A stretch of 64,000 nt of DNA from Gemmatimonadales bacterium (GCA_035557715.1 DATMDQ010000121.1:16962-80961); one strand, 5' to 3'. Positions 19,006 through 28,990 are shown, counted from the stretch's first letter. Numbers and translations are program-made. The notes: generated by a model from the letters alone, not told the origin.

Positions 19006-21501
19006 TTACTCCAGGACCGCCGTGGGAGCTGCTTCATCCCCACCGGCCACCTCTTCGGCTCCTCCCTCGTCCTCCTTCACCACTCGGGCCACGTCTACCA
19101 CGGTATCGCCGGAATCCAGGTTCATGACCTTCACACCCTGGGTGTTGCGCCCGATGACGCGAATACCATCGACGGGCAGTCGGATGATCACTCCATGCCT
19201 GGTGATCATCATGAGCTCATCGTCCGGGATGACCTCCATGAGCGCCACGATGGAGCCGGTCTTGTCGGTCTTCTTCAGCGTGATGATGCCCTTCCCGCCT
19301 CGCTTCTGCACCCGGTAGTCGGCGAGTTCCGAGCGCTTGCCGTAACCCTTCTCACTGACCACGAGCAGGCTCGCATCGCGCCTGACCACCACCATCCCGA
19401 TCACCTCATCGCCCTTCTCCAGCTCGATTCCCTTGACGCCCGTGGTTGCCCGGCCCATGTCGCGCACATCGCTATGGTGAAACCGGATGCTCATCCCGTC
19501 CCCGGTGGCCAGGATGATGTCGCTGTTCTGATCGCACACCTGGACATCGATGAGCTCGTCGTCCTTATCGATGTTGATGCCACAGATACCCGTCGCGCGC
19601 ACGTGGCCATACGCTGAGAGCACCGTCTTCTTCACCGTGCCCTGACGGGTGGCGAAAATAAGGCTCTGCTCGTCGCTGAATTCCCGCACCGGCACCAGCG
19701 CGGCGATCTGCTCGTCCGGCTTGATGGCGATGCAGTTGATCACTGGCTTGCCCCGAGCGGCGCGTCCGGCCTGGGGGATTTCGTGGACCTTGAGCCAGTA
19801 GACCTGCCCCCGATTGCTGAAGAACATCACGTAATCGTGGGTGCTCGCGATGAAGAGGTGCTCGACCCAATCCTCCGCCTTGAGGTCGGCCCCGTTCAGC
19901 CCGCGTCCCCCGCGACGCTGCCGCTTGTAGGTGGTGATCGGGATCCGCTTGATGTAGCCGCTGTGGGACACGGTGATCACCATATCCTCTTCAGCGATGA
20001 GATCCTCGACCGTGAACTCCCCCTGGTCGGCCACGATCTCAGTCCGGCGGTCGTCCCCGAACGTTTGGGCCACCTCGTCCATCTCTTCCTTCAGGATCCC
20101 CATCCGCTTCGGCTTGGATGCCAGGATGCTCTTCAGCTCCTTGATCGTTGCGCGGACCTCCTTCAACTCGGCGTCCAGCTTCTCGATCTCGAGGCCGGTC
20201 AGCTTGGCCAGCCGCATGTTGAGGATTGCGTCGCTCTGCTTTTCGCTGAAGCCGAACCGTTTGCGAAGCTTGGCATCCGCTTCGGGCGTGTCCTCCGACT
20301 TCCGGATGATCTTGATGACCTCGTCGATGTTGTCGACTGCGATCTTGAGGCCATCGAGGATGTGCTCCCGCGCGTTGGCCGCGTCGAGATCGAACTGAGT
20401 GCGCCGGATGATGACCTTGTGCCGGTGCTCGATGAAATGCTGGATCAGCTCCTTCAGATTCATGACCTTGGGGGCGCCGTTGGTGAGCGCCAGCATGATC
20501 ACGCCGAAGGTGGTCTGCATCTGGGTGTGTTTGTAGAGCTGATTCAGCACCACGTTGGGGATGGTGTCGCGCTTCAGCTCGATGACGATCCGCATGCCCT
20601 CCTTGTCGGATTCGTCATTGATGTTCACGATCCCTTCAATCTTCTTCTCGCTGGCAAGCTCGGCGATCGCCTTGACCAGGTTCTCCTTGTTGACCTGATA
20701 TGGAATCTCGGTCACCACGATCTGAGACCGGCCGCTGGTCTCCTTCTCTTCGATTTGAGCCCTGGCCCGCATGATGACGCGGCCACGCCCGGTCTCGTAG
20801 GCCTCCTTGATCCCTTGCCGGCCGTAGATGTAGGCCCCGGTGGGGAAGTCAGGGCCCTTGATGACCTTCCGGAGCTCACCAATGGTGGCGTCGGGGTTAT
20901 CCACCAGCAGCTGCACTGCCTTCACCACCTCGCGCAGGTTGTGCGGTGGAATATTCGTGGCCATCCCCACCGCGATGCCGCTGGAGCCGTTGACGAGGAG
21001 ATTGGGGATCTTGGAGGGAAGAACGGTGGGTTCTTGCAGCCGGTCGTCGAAATTCGGCTGGAAATCAACGGTATTCCTATCGATGTCCTCCAGCATCGTC
21101 ATCGCGATGCGGGTCAGCCGGGCTTCGGTATACCGGTACGCCGCCGCGGGGTCGCCATCCACCGAGCCGAAATTTCCCTGGCCGTCCACCAGCGGGTATC
21201 GCAGGGAGAACTGCTGCACCATGCGAACCAGCGCGTCGTAGACCGAGCCGTCACCGTGCGGGTGGTACTTACCCAGCACGTCGCCCACCACGGTAGCGGA
21301 CTTCTTGTAGCCCCGGCCGGGTACCAGGCCCAGCTCGTTCATGGCGTACAGAATCCGGCGGTGAACTGGCTTGAGGCCGTCCCTGACATCGGGCAGTGCC
21401 CGGGAGACGATGACGCTCATCGAGTAGTTGATGAACGACTGCTGCATCTCCTCTTCGATGAGCCGGGGCAGAATTCGTTCGCGCGAATTGGGTGCGGTCA
21501 T
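19006..21501 (-). CDS. gyrA: DNA gyrase subunit A
   Basis: 831 aa with [17 protein letters not shown] (catalytic Tyr), C-terminal beta-pinwheel repeats and an acidic tail. Confidence 0.97.
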   Translation of the reverse strand: MTAPNSRERILPRLIEEEMQQSFINYSMSVIVSRALPDVRDGLKPVHRRILYAMNELGLVPGRGYKKSATVVGDVLGKYHPHGDGSVYDALVRMVQQFSLRYPLVDGQGNFGSVDGDPAAAYRYTEARLTRIAMTMLEDIDRNTVDFQPNFDDRLQEPTVLPSKIPNLLVNGSSGIAVGMATNIPPHNLREVVKAVQLLVDNPDATIGELRKVIKGPDFPTGAYIYGRQGIKEAYETGRGRVIMRARAQIEEKETSGRSQIVVTEIPYQVNKENLVKAIAELASEKKIEGIVNINDESDKEGMRIVIELKRDTIPNVVLNQLYKHTQMQTTFGVIMLALTNGAPKVMNLKELIQHFIEHRHKVIIRRTQFDLDAANAREHILDGLKIAVDNIDEVIKIIRKSEDTPEADAKLRKRFGFSEKQSDAILNMRLAKLTGLEIEKLDAELKEVRATIKELKSILASKPKRMGILKEEMDEVAQTFGDDRRTEIVADQGEFTVEDLIAEEDMVITVSHSGYIKRIPITTYKRQRRGGRGLNGADLKAEDWVEHLFIASTHDYVMFFSNRGQVYWLKVHEIPQAGRAARGKPVINCIAIKPDEQIAALVPVREFSDEQSLIFATRQGTVKKTVLSAYGHVRATGICGINIDKDDELIDVQVCDQNSDIILATGDGMSIRFHHSDVRDMGRATTGVKGIELEKGDEVIGMVVVRRDASLLVVSEKGYGKRSELADYRVQKRGGKGIITLKKTDKTGSIVALMEVIPDDELMMITRHGVIIRLPVDGIRVIGRNTQGVKVMNLDSGDTVVDVARVVKEDEGGAEEVAGGDEAAPTAVLE

Positions 21502-21712
21502 GGTGGTCCTGAGCTAGGTCGGTAGTGGCTGGAGCAGCGTCCAGCCCGGAAGTATAGTCGGTATCGTCACCAGCCTGCAACTCCCTTTTAGGCTTGGAAA
21601 CCTAGATAGGACAAGTAGTTAGTTGAGGCCGAGGGGAGGCACCGGGGCCGCCTGGGCGGACGGCGGTCCGCCTGCCTTAAAGGTCAGGTAAACCGGACCG
21701 ATACTAGCCAGT

Positions 21713-22417
21713 ATGACCATACCCTCCGTCCTGCTCGCCTTGGTTCTCCTGGCTACCCCAGGGGTGCTGACGGCCCAGAAGACCGTTGCCGCCAAGAAGG
21801 TCGCTCCACAAGCGGCCGCTCCGACCGGCTTCGACAGCTTTCTCCTGCTGGTGCCACCTCGCGATACGGTGACCATCAAGAAGAACCTTAAGGCCGCCAG
21901 CGAGGCGGAGACCCAAGCCGAAACCCGGCGCGGGCAGGCCGAGACTATGCGCCTGGGCGCCCTGGCCAGTATCGAGTCCAAAAAGGTTCAGATCGGACGG
22001 CTCAAGGAGCGCATCAGCGCGGCCAAGAAGGAGAACCGCGAGGCCGACCGGCTCGGGATGGAAGCGGAGCGCAAGGCGTCCGAGCGGGAGATCGAGCTAC
22101 TCAAGGGGCGGGAAGAGCTGCGGAGAGCGGAGATCGAGTTCGAGATCAGCCGGGCTGACCTTGCCGCACTGACCGCAAAGTCCCTCCAGCTGGAGCTACA
22201 GCTGGCAGTGAGGCGAGCCGGACGGCTCCGCACGCCTGGAGGCGGTGCCGGGGGCGCCAGCCTCGACCGGGTGATCGGTGAGCTCGAGAAGCAGACCCTT
22301 GAGGCTCAGGGGGACCAGGCCGCATCCAGCATCGAGGTGGCCAAGACCGAGATGGCGGTGATCAATCGCCGCCTGGAGCTCTTAGACGCGCAGCAGAGAG
22401 TGCTGGGAGGGAAGTAG
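21713..22417 (+). CDS. Secreted coiled-coil protein, function unknown
   Basis: Signal peptide MTIPSVLLALVLLATPGVLTAQ, then heptad-rich E/R/K/L sequence. Confidence 0.5.
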   Translation: MTIPSVLLALVLLATPGVLTAQKTVAAKKVAPQAAAPTGFDSFLLLVPPRDTVTIKKNLKAASEAETQAETRRGQAETMRLGALASIESKKVQIGRLKERISAAKKENREADRLGMEAERKASEREIELLKGREELRRAEIEFEISRADLAALTAKSLQLELQLAVRRAGRLRTPGGGAGGASLDRVIGELEKQTLEAQGDQAASSIEVAKTEMAVINRRLELLDAQQRVLGGK

Positions 22418-22570
22418 CGACTCAGCCGCACCGCGGACCAGCAGTACCGTTCCAGCCCCTCGTCCCACCAATGGATCCAATCTCGGCTGCACCACCTCCC
22501 CGATCGGCCGTCCCTCCCTATCGAAGACCCGGAGCACCTTCACGGGCTTCCTTTTAGTCATCTGGACCAT
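22382..22570 (-). CDS. Possible small protein (62 aa), unknown function
   Basis: GAGAGG 5 nt upstream of ATG 22570. No homology recognised. Its 3' end overlaps the convergent gene by 36 nt. Confidence 0.25.
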   Translation of the reverse strand: MVQMTKRKPVKVLRVFDREGRPIGEVVQPRLDPLVGRGAGTVLLVRGAAESLLPSQHSLLRV

Positions 22571-22596
22571 CCGGCACCTCTCATTTAATGATTGGC

Positions 22597-22623
22597 TGAA
22601 CCAGAACTACCCTTCCATTCGTA
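22597..22623 (+). promoter_or_regulatory. Candidate ECF-type promoter (TGAACC-N-CGTA)
   Basis: tGAACCagaactacccttccattCGTA. The AAC-to-CGT spacer is 18 nt by my count, 1-2 nt longer than typical. Confidence 0.25.
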
Positions 22624-22647
22624 TGCTTGAGATGCCATGAGTCGGTG

Positions 22648-22689
22648 AAGGGTTGCTTGCCAGTCGCCGGTCGCTCCCAAGCAACCCTT
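22648..22689 (+). promoter_or_regulatory. 12-bp perfect-stem hairpin in the sigma-factor leader
   Basis: aagggttgcttg - 18 nt - caagcaaccctt. Confidence 0.4.
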
Positions 22690-22748
22690 TATCCCCCAGC
22701 CGTGTCAGAGATGCGGTTCGAAGCCTTGACCCTACGATCCGGAGCCGA

Positions 22749-23282
22749 GTGCGCGACCAAGAGCTGATCGGCCGAGTACTCGCGGGAGACCCCAGCGCAG
22801 AGCGCGCGCTATACGACGCGCATGTCGACCGCGTCTTTCGACTGGTGTACCGCATGGCGGGCGATCTCGATCGAGCCCAGGACTACACCCAGGAGACCTT
22901 TATTAAGGCCTTCAGTCGGCTGGCTGAGTTCCGGGGTGAGGCAGCACTCTCGACCTGGTTGGGCTCGATCGCTATCTCCATCACGCTCAACGGGTTGAGG
23001 AAGGTCAAACGGGCAATGGAGCGGGAGGTCGTGCTGGATGACGCGCTGATGGTCACTCGCATGGCTCCGGCCGCCGAGCCGGACCTGAAGGATCGGCTGG
23101 CTAAGGCGATCGACGAGCTACCAGAGGGGTACCGGGTGGTGTTCGTGATGCATGACGTCGAGGGGTACACCCACGAGGAGATATCCAGTTCCCTGGGAGT
23201 CCACCCTGGAACCTCGAAGGCGCAACTGTTTCGTGCCCGCGCCCGGCTGCGCGAGTCGCTGGCCGACTTCGTGAAGGAATGA
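22749..23282 (+). CDS. ECF (group IV) RNA polymerase sigma factor
   Basis: Region 2 DRVFRLVYRMAGDLDRAQDYTQETFIKAF and region 4 LPEGYRVVFVMHDVEGYTHEEIS. The ORF opens at TTG 22653; in-frame GTG 22749 (VRDQELIGRVLAGD) gives a typical length. Confidence 0.85.
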   Translation: MRDQELIGRVLAGDPSAERALYDAHVDRVFRLVYRMAGDLDRAQDYTQETFIKAFSRLAEFRGEAALSTWLGSIAISITLNGLRKVKRAMEREVVLDDALMVTRMAPAAEPDLKDRLAKAIDELPEGYRVVFVMHDVEGYTHEEISSSLGVHPGTSKAQLFRARARLRESLADFVKE

Positions 23283-23959
23283 CCGATATGCTGGACGATC
23301 GCTTTGACGACCAGTTGCAAGACTCGGCTCGCGATTACAACACTCCCCCGGCGACGCCCAGGGAGGAGATGTGGACGGCTATTCAGGCGCGGCGGGCGGA
23401 GGCGGAGAAGACGGAGAAGACGGAAGTATCCAGGGAAGGTGTAGTACCTATCCGTCCTCTCCGCCGTCTCCGCCCTCTCCGTTGGCCCATCGGCATCGCG
23501 GCGCTGCTGGCGCTCGGCGTCGGACTTGGCCGGATCTCGGCGCCCAAACCCGTCCCCACCACCGACCCCGTGATCGCTACATCGGTGGCCCCGCAACACA
23601 CGGGTGATGCTGCCTACCGAATTACCGCTACAGAGCACCTGGGACAGTCGGAGGCATTTCTGACGCTATTTCGCGCTTCGGTGCGCAAGGGTGGCAACGA
23701 GCTGCTTGCCTCGGCCACGGCCCGACAGCTCCTCGCCACCAATCGCCTGCTGCTCGATTCGCCGGCAGCGAGTGACGCCCGGACTCGCCTTCTCCTCCAG
23801 GATCTGGAGCTGGTGCTGGCCGAGATCGCTCAGCTCGCTCCCCGGCCCAGCTCGCCCGATCTCGATCTGATTACTGAAGGTCTCGAGCGTGGTGGAATGA
23901 TGTCCCGCTTGAGAACGGCCGTGCCTTCGGGCGCGAGCCCAACCCAAGGAGCCCTGTGA
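23279..23959 (+). CDS. Putative single-pass anti-sigma factor
   Basis: ATGA overlap with the sigma gene. Cytoplasmic N-terminus, one TM (WPIGIAALLALGVGLG), periplasmic C-terminus. Confidence 0.5.
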   Translation: MTDMLDDRFDDQLQDSARDYNTPPATPREEMWTAIQARRAEAEKTEKTEVSREGVVPIRPLRRLRPLRWPIGIAALLALGVGLGRISAPKPVPTTDPVIATSVAPQHTGDAAYRITATEHLGQSEAFLTLFRASVRKGGNELLASATARQLLATNRLLLDSPAASDARTRLLLQDLELVLAEIAQLAPRPSSPDLDLITEGLERGGMMSRLRTAVPSGASPTQGAL

Positions 23960-25416
23960 TGTACGGTCTGGTGTTCGGCGTGGCGATGGTAGCGGCTCTC
24001 GGCATGGCCGACGCGCGAGTTCCCTCTGACACGCTCGATCCGCGTGTGCCCCGTGGCTGGTTGCAGGACGATCCAGCCGATTCCCTTTACCGGCGAGCCC
24101 GGGAGACGCTGAATCGCCGCGACTATCGGACGGCGGCCGACCTCTTTGCCCAGATACCGGTTCGCTTCCCCAAGTCGGGCTACGCCGCGGACGCGCTCTA
24201 CTGGCAGGCATTCGCTCTTTACCGGGCCGGCGAGGAGCGCGATCTCCGGGCCGCGATGGCGGTCCTCAAGCAGCAGAGAAAGAGGTTCCCCAAGGCAGCG
24301 ACGCAGGGTGACGCGGCCACGCTGGAGCGCCGTATCCAAGGTGAGCTGGCGCGACGGGGGGACAGCGAGGCCGCCGCGGCCGTGGCGGCGGCTGCCGAGT
24401 CCGCAACCGATTGGCCTCCGACCCCGCCGACGCCACCAACGCCGCCGACGCCGCCGACGCCGCCGACGCCGCCCACACCACCGACGCCTCCGACACCCGG
24501 TATGGGGCGCTCCCATCGAATGGGGAGCAGTAGCTGTAAGGGAGACGACGATGACATGAAGGTCGCGGCCCTCAATGCATTGCTGCAGATGGACGAAACG
24601 CGGGCCCGGCCCGTTCTCCGCAAAGTCCTGGCACGGCGCGACACCGGCTCCGTTTGCCTGCGCCGAAAGGCGGTCTTCCTCGTCGCCCAGCAGCAGGCCG
24701 AGGGGACCGAGGACATCCTGCTCGAATCGGTCCGGACCGATCCGGATCCGGAGGTGCAGCAGCAAGCAGTCTTCTGGCTCTCGCAAGTGGGGACCGATCG
24801 GGCGGTAAACGCTCTGGATTCGATTCTGCGCTTTTCCAAGGACCCGGATATCCAGGACAAGGCGGTGTTCGCGCTATCGCAGCACGACAGCCCACGGGCG
24901 CACCAGGCGCTCCGGGTCTACGCCGAACGGGTCGAAGTGCCGGAGTCCGCTCGGGCAAAGGCGATCTTCTGGTTAGGTCAGAACGGGTCGGCGGAAGACG
25001 GTGCGTTTCTCCGTTCCCTGTACGGCCGGCTCAAGGGCGAGGAGCTCAAGAAGAAGGTGGTATTCTCGCTCTCACAGATGGGCGGCACGGAGAACGGCAA
25101 GTGGCTGCTTGGGCTCGCCCGCGATCCGGCGCAGGGCATCGAAATGCGGAAGCAGGCGCTGTTCTGGGCCGGCCAGGGCGGCGTCGCCATCGAGGAGCTC
25201 ACCGGTCTCTATGCCACTGTCACCGACCAGGCCATGCGGGAGCAGCTCATCTTCGTCTACTCTCAACGCGACGAGCCCGCCGCCCTGGACAAACTGATCG
25301 AAATTGCCCGGCGGGATCCCAACCCGGAGCTGCGCAAGCGGGCGCTCTTCTGGCTGGGCCAGTCGGAAGACCCCAGGGCGGTGCAGGTGCTCCAGGAAAT
25401 CATCGAGCAGCCCTAG
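23956..25416 (+). CDS. HEAT-repeat protein with a TPR-like N-domain and a (PPT)9 linker
   Basis: Repeated DPDPEVQQQAVFWLSQ / DPNPELRKRALFWLGQSEDPRA units. Overlaps the anti-sigma stop (GTGATG). Confidence 0.7.
   Translation: MMYGLVFGVAMVAALGMADARVPSDTLDPRVPRGWLQDDPADSLYRRARETLNRRDYRTAADLFAQIPVRFPKSGYAADALYWQAFALYRAGEERDLRAAMAVLKQQRKRFPKAATQGDAATLERRIQGELARRGDSEAAAAVAAAAESATDWPPTPPTPPTPPTPPTPPTPPTPPTPPTPGMGRSHRMGSSSCKGDDDDMKVAALNALLQMDETRARPVLRKVLARRDTGSVCLRRKAVFLVAQQQAEGTEDILLESVRTDPDPEVQQQAVFWLSQVGTDRAVNALDSILRFSKDPDIQDKAVFALSQHDSPRAHQALRVYAERVEVPESARAKAIFWLGQNGSAEDGAFLRSLYGRLKGEELKKKVVFSLSQMGGTENGKWLLGLARDPAQGIEMRKQALFWAGQGGVAIEELTGLYATVTDQAMREQLIFVYSQRDEPAALDKLIEIARRDPNPELRKRALFWLGQSEDPRAVQVLQEIIEQP
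24415..24495 (+). repeat. 9-bp tandem repeat x9 encoding (Pro-Pro-Thr)9
   Basis: cct ccg acc / ccg ccg acg ... read directly from the sequence. Confidence 0.95.
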
Positions 25417-25426
25417 GTCCGGAGCC

Positions 25427-26176
25427 ATGCGCGATTACCTCGTTGCAGTGCTGTTCATTTCGGGTCTGGCCCCCGGTCTTTCGGCCCAGACCCTGGCGCA
25501 ACGGGTCGCCGAAGTCGAGGAGGGCACCGTACGGCTGAGCTTCGCCGCCCGCCCAGGGGTCTGTGGTGACTGGAAAAATGGCGTCACCATACGGCACGAG
25601 AGCGATGAGTGGCAGGCTGACTGCGGATCCCAGACGGTCCAGGTCGCACTGCGGGTCAGGGACCATCGAGTGTACTCGGTTCGGACCTATGTCGGAGGGC
25701 GGTGGCTCCCCGATCGCTGGAGCACCGACCTGGGAACGGTTCCGGCTCCGGAGGCTGCCGACTATTTCATTGGGCTGGCCGAGCGCAGTGGCGACGGCAA
25801 GGTTGGGGGCGATCCCCTCCTCCCGTCGGCACTGGCCGATAGCGTCGTCATCTGGCCTTCGCTCTTACGACTCGCCCGAACGCCCAGACTATCCAGGGAG
25901 ACGCGCTCCCAGGCGATTTTCTGGCTCAGCCAGGCCGCCGGCGCTGCGGTGGGCGCGGCGCTGGACTCGATCGTGGATGACGCTCGGGGTGACCGCGAGA
26001 TCCGGGAGAAAGCCATCTTCGCGCTGTCGCAGCGGTCCAACGACGAGGGCGTGCCCGCTCTGATCCGGATCGCCCGGACCAACCCCGACCCCGAGCTCAG
26101 AAAGACTGCGCTCTTCTGGCTGGGCCAGAGTGAGGACCCCCGTGCCCTGGATCTTTTCGAAGAAATTCTGAAGTAA
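25427..26176 (+). CDS. HEAT-repeat protein, paralog of the C-terminal part of 23956-25416
   Basis: Signal peptide MRDYLVAVLFISGLAPGLSA. Ends NPDPELRKTALFWLGQSEDPRALDLFEEILK. ATG at 25427 lies within the longer ORF 25304. Confidence 0.7.
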   Translation: MRDYLVAVLFISGLAPGLSAQTLAQRVAEVEEGTVRLSFAARPGVCGDWKNGVTIRHESDEWQADCGSQTVQVALRVRDHRVYSVRTYVGGRWLPDRWSTDLGTVPAPEAADYFIGLAERSGDGKVGGDPLLPSALADSVVIWPSLLRLARTPRLSRETRSQAIFWLSQAAGAAVGAALDSIVDDARGDREIREKAIFALSQRSNDEGVPALIRIARTNPDPELRKTALFWLGQSEDPRALDLFEEILK

Positions 26177-26246
26177 GCAACCTTTTCCAGCATCCGGCGG
26201 TCTAAGCCTCGCGTCCGATCACCAGCGTGAGGAGTGAACCGACCCC

Positions 26247-28904
26247 ATGATCACAATCGCACTCGCTCTAGCGCTTACCGGCATCAGTGCCGGCGGCCAG
26301 AGCGACACCCTGAGGGTTCCCCAGGGCGACGCTCGCGCGGTGCAGGCGTCTCGCGTCGGGAGCAACGCCATTGCGCTGGACGGGGTGCTGTCCGAGGCGG
26401 GATGGTCCACCGCCAGCCCGGTCTCCGATTTTACTCAGCGCGAGCCGGACGAAGGCGCGGCGGCTACCGAGCGAACCGAGGTTCGGGTGCTCTACGACGA
26501 TGATGCGCTCTATGTGGGTGCCCGGATGTTCGATCGCAGTGCTGACTCGGTGATGGCCCAGCTCGCCCGGCGCGACCGGATCGTGAGCGCCGACCGCTTT
26601 ATCGTATTCCTCGACTCCTATCACGACCGCCGCACCGGGTTCTTTTTCGGGATCAACGCCGCGGGGACGCTGTACGACGGAACTCTATACAACGATGACT
26701 GGGACAGCGACACCTGGGATGGTGTGTGGCAAGGCAGTGTGGCTCGCGATTCACTGGGATGGAGCGCCGAGCTCAGGATCCCGTACTCCCAGCTTCGATT
26801 CCAACGGCAGAAAGCGAACCGGTGGGGCATCAATTTCAAGCGGGAAATAGCCCGGCGCAACGAGCGCTCCTACCTGGTCTGCACGCCCAGCAATGGAAGC
26901 GGTTTCGTCTCGCGATTCGTTGACCTGGTCGGCCTCGAGGAGTTCACACCTCCCGCCCGACTGGAGGTTCTGCCCTACGTCACCACCCGGGCCGAGTACC
27001 TGAGTCACGAGACGGCAGACCCCTTTAACGACGGCTCCGACTTCGACGGCGGCGCCGGAGCCGACCTGAAGCTCGGCATCGGCAGCAACCTCACGCTCGA
27101 TGCCACGGTGAATCCAGACTTCGGCCAGGTCGAGGTCGATCCCGCGGTGGTCAACCTGAGCGATGTCGAGACCTTCTTCGACGAGCGGCGCCCGTTCTTC
27201 GTGGAAGGGGCCAACATTTTCGAGTTCGGATACGGCGGAGCCAACGACAACTGGGGCTTCAACTGGGCCAATCCCAGCTTTCTGTACAGCCGGCGGATCG
27301 GCCGCGCTCCGCAGGCCGAGGATCCCGACGAATACGATTACTCTAGCGTGCCCAGCGGCACCAGCATCCTGGGAGCCGCCAAGTTGTCGGGGAAGATCGG
27401 AAGCTGGAGCCTGGGCACCCTCAGTGCCCTCACCAGCCGGGAGCAGGCGCAGTTCGCGCTCGGGCCGCAACACTGGCAGCAGGAGGTAGAGCCGCTGACC
27501 TATTACGGAGTCTACCGCGCTCAAAACGAGATGGGCGGCGGGCGTCATGGCTTGGGGTTCATCGGAACGGTGACGGCCCGTTCCTTCGACGAGCCCCAGC
27601 TGCGCGCTGAGCTCAGCTCGAGCGCCAGAACGCTGGGACTGGATGGATGGACCACGCTGGACCGGAACGGCGTGTGGATGGTGAGCGGCTGGGCCGGGTT
27701 GAGCCGAGTGGCGGGAACCGCGGAGCGAATGCAGGGCCTGCAGGAGAGCTCGGTACACTACTTCCAGCGGCCGGACGCGTCATACCTGGGAGTGGATTCC
27801 GGGAGTACCTCGCTGTCAGGCTATGCCGGCCGCCTCTCGCTCAACAAGCAGAAGGGCAACTGGATGTTCAATTCGGCGATGGGCGTGGTCGATCCCGGAT
27901 TCGAGGTGAACGACCTCGGCTTCCAGTTCCGCGGAGATCAGATCAACTCGCATGTCATGTTCGGCCACAAATGGACCCGGCCCAGCCGATTGTTTCGGAG
28001 TTGGCGCCTCAACCTCGCCGGCTTCCGCAGTTACAACTACGGCGGCGACGTTACCTGGACCGGATTGTTCCTGACCGGCCTGTACGAATTGCGCAACTTT
28101 TCCACTGGACGATGGTTCGTGGCGTACAATCCGAGCACGCTCAGCGACCGTCGCACCCGGGGAGGGCCGCTGATGGTCAACCAGCCCGGCGTGGAATGGG
28201 ACTTCCAGCTGGACTCCGATCCCAACAAGCGGTGGCTCTTTGGGGCGGGCCTGCACGGCAACCATTACAGTCAGCGCTGGGAACAAAGTTGGAGCGCGAG
28301 GGCATACGTCGAGTGGAAGCCAGGCACGCGCCTTTCGCTACGAGTCGATCCGCAGATCGAGCGAACCGGCACATCGGCCCAGTACGTAGATACCTTCGAC
28401 GACCCCATGGCGGCGAACACCTTTGGCCATCGCTATGTGTTTGCCGATCTGGATCAGACGACAGTCTCGGCCAGCATCCGGCTGAACTGGATCTTCACTC
28501 CGAAACTCAGCCTCGAGGTGTACGCCCAGCCGCTACTTTCGTCGGGCAGCTATACCGGGTTCAAGGAGCTTTCCCGTCCCCGCAGCTTCGATTTCAACCC
28601 CTATCCGGACCCCACCGCTACCAGTGACCCGGACCGCATCGTGGTGGATCCCGACGGAGCGAGCGGGCCGGCGGCCGGTCAGGAGATCGATGATCCCAAC
28701 TTCTCCCTGGTGTCGCTTCGGGGAAACGCGGTGCTGCGATGGGAGTATTCAGCCGGCTCCACCCTGTTCCTGGTCTGGACCCAGAATCGGTCCGATATGG
28801 AGACCATCGGAAGCTTTCAAACAGGCCAGGGTGTCGATCGACTCCTCGGGGCCAGCGCCGATAACATCTTCCTGGTGAAGGTGTCGTATTGGTGGAACCC
28901 CTGA
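26247..28904 (+). CDS. Large secreted DUF5916 / CBM9-like domain protein
   Basis: 885 aa. Signal peptide, N-terminal IALDGVLSEAGW...DFTQREPDEG...LYVGARMFD block, and a beta-rich remainder ending in an aromatic residue. Confidence 0.65.
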   Translation: MITIALALALTGISAGGQSDTLRVPQGDARAVQASRVGSNAIALDGVLSEAGWSTASPVSDFTQREPDEGAAATERTEVRVLYDDDALYVGARMFDRSADSVMAQLARRDRIVSADRFIVFLDSYHDRRTGFFFGINAAGTLYDGTLYNDDWDSDTWDGVWQGSVARDSLGWSAELRIPYSQLRFQRQKANRWGINFKREIARRNERSYLVCTPSNGSGFVSRFVDLVGLEEFTPPARLEVLPYVTTRAEYLSHETADPFNDGSDFDGGAGADLKLGIGSNLTLDATVNPDFGQVEVDPAVVNLSDVETFFDERRPFFVEGANIFEFGYGGANDNWGFNWANPSFLYSRRIGRAPQAEDPDEYDYSSVPSGTSILGAAKLSGKIGSWSLGTLSALTSREQAQFALGPQHWQQEVEPLTYYGVYRAQNEMGGGRHGLGFIGTVTARSFDEPQLRAELSSSARTLGLDGWTTLDRNGVWMVSGWAGLSRVAGTAERMQGLQESSVHYFQRPDASYLGVDSGSTSLSGYAGRLSLNKQKGNWMFNSAMGVVDPGFEVNDLGFQFRGDQINSHVMFGHKWTRPSRLFRSWRLNLAGFRSYNYGGDVTWTGLFLTGLYELRNFSTGRWFVAYNPSTLSDRRTRGGPLMVNQPGVEWDFQLDSDPNKRWLFGAGLHGNHYSQRWEQSWSARAYVEWKPGTRLSLRVDPQIERTGTSAQYVDTFDDPMAANTFGHRYVFADLDQTTVSASIRLNWIFTPKLSLEVYAQPLLSSGSYTGFKELSRPRSFDFNPYPDPTATSDPDRIVVDPDGASGPAAGQEIDDPNFSLVSLRGNAVLRWEYSAGSTLFLVWTQNRSDMETIGSFQTGQGVDRLLGASADNIFLVKVSYWWNP

Positions 28905-28990
28905 CCGGTGATGCGGCATCGCTGCGCAACCGTGACCTGAGTGTGACGATGCGCCGGTAACCTCACGGCACCTCGAACCGTGAGACTCGG

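Noticed and set aside
19783-21525. 580-aa ORF on the plus strand opposite gyrA.
   Set aside because: It is a shadow frame of a GC-rich gene. The sequence is low-complexity (D/L/V/H/G/P-rich) with no motif, while the minus strand encodes an unmistakable GyrA.
23830-24786. Minus-strand 318-aa ORF and plus-strand 137-aa ORF with poly-Arg runs (RRRRRRRRR) around 24400-24500.
   Set aside because: The poly-Arg and poly-Gly/Val runs are just the other reading frames of the 9-bp (CCG ACG CCG) repeat that encodes (PPT)9 in the HEAT protein.
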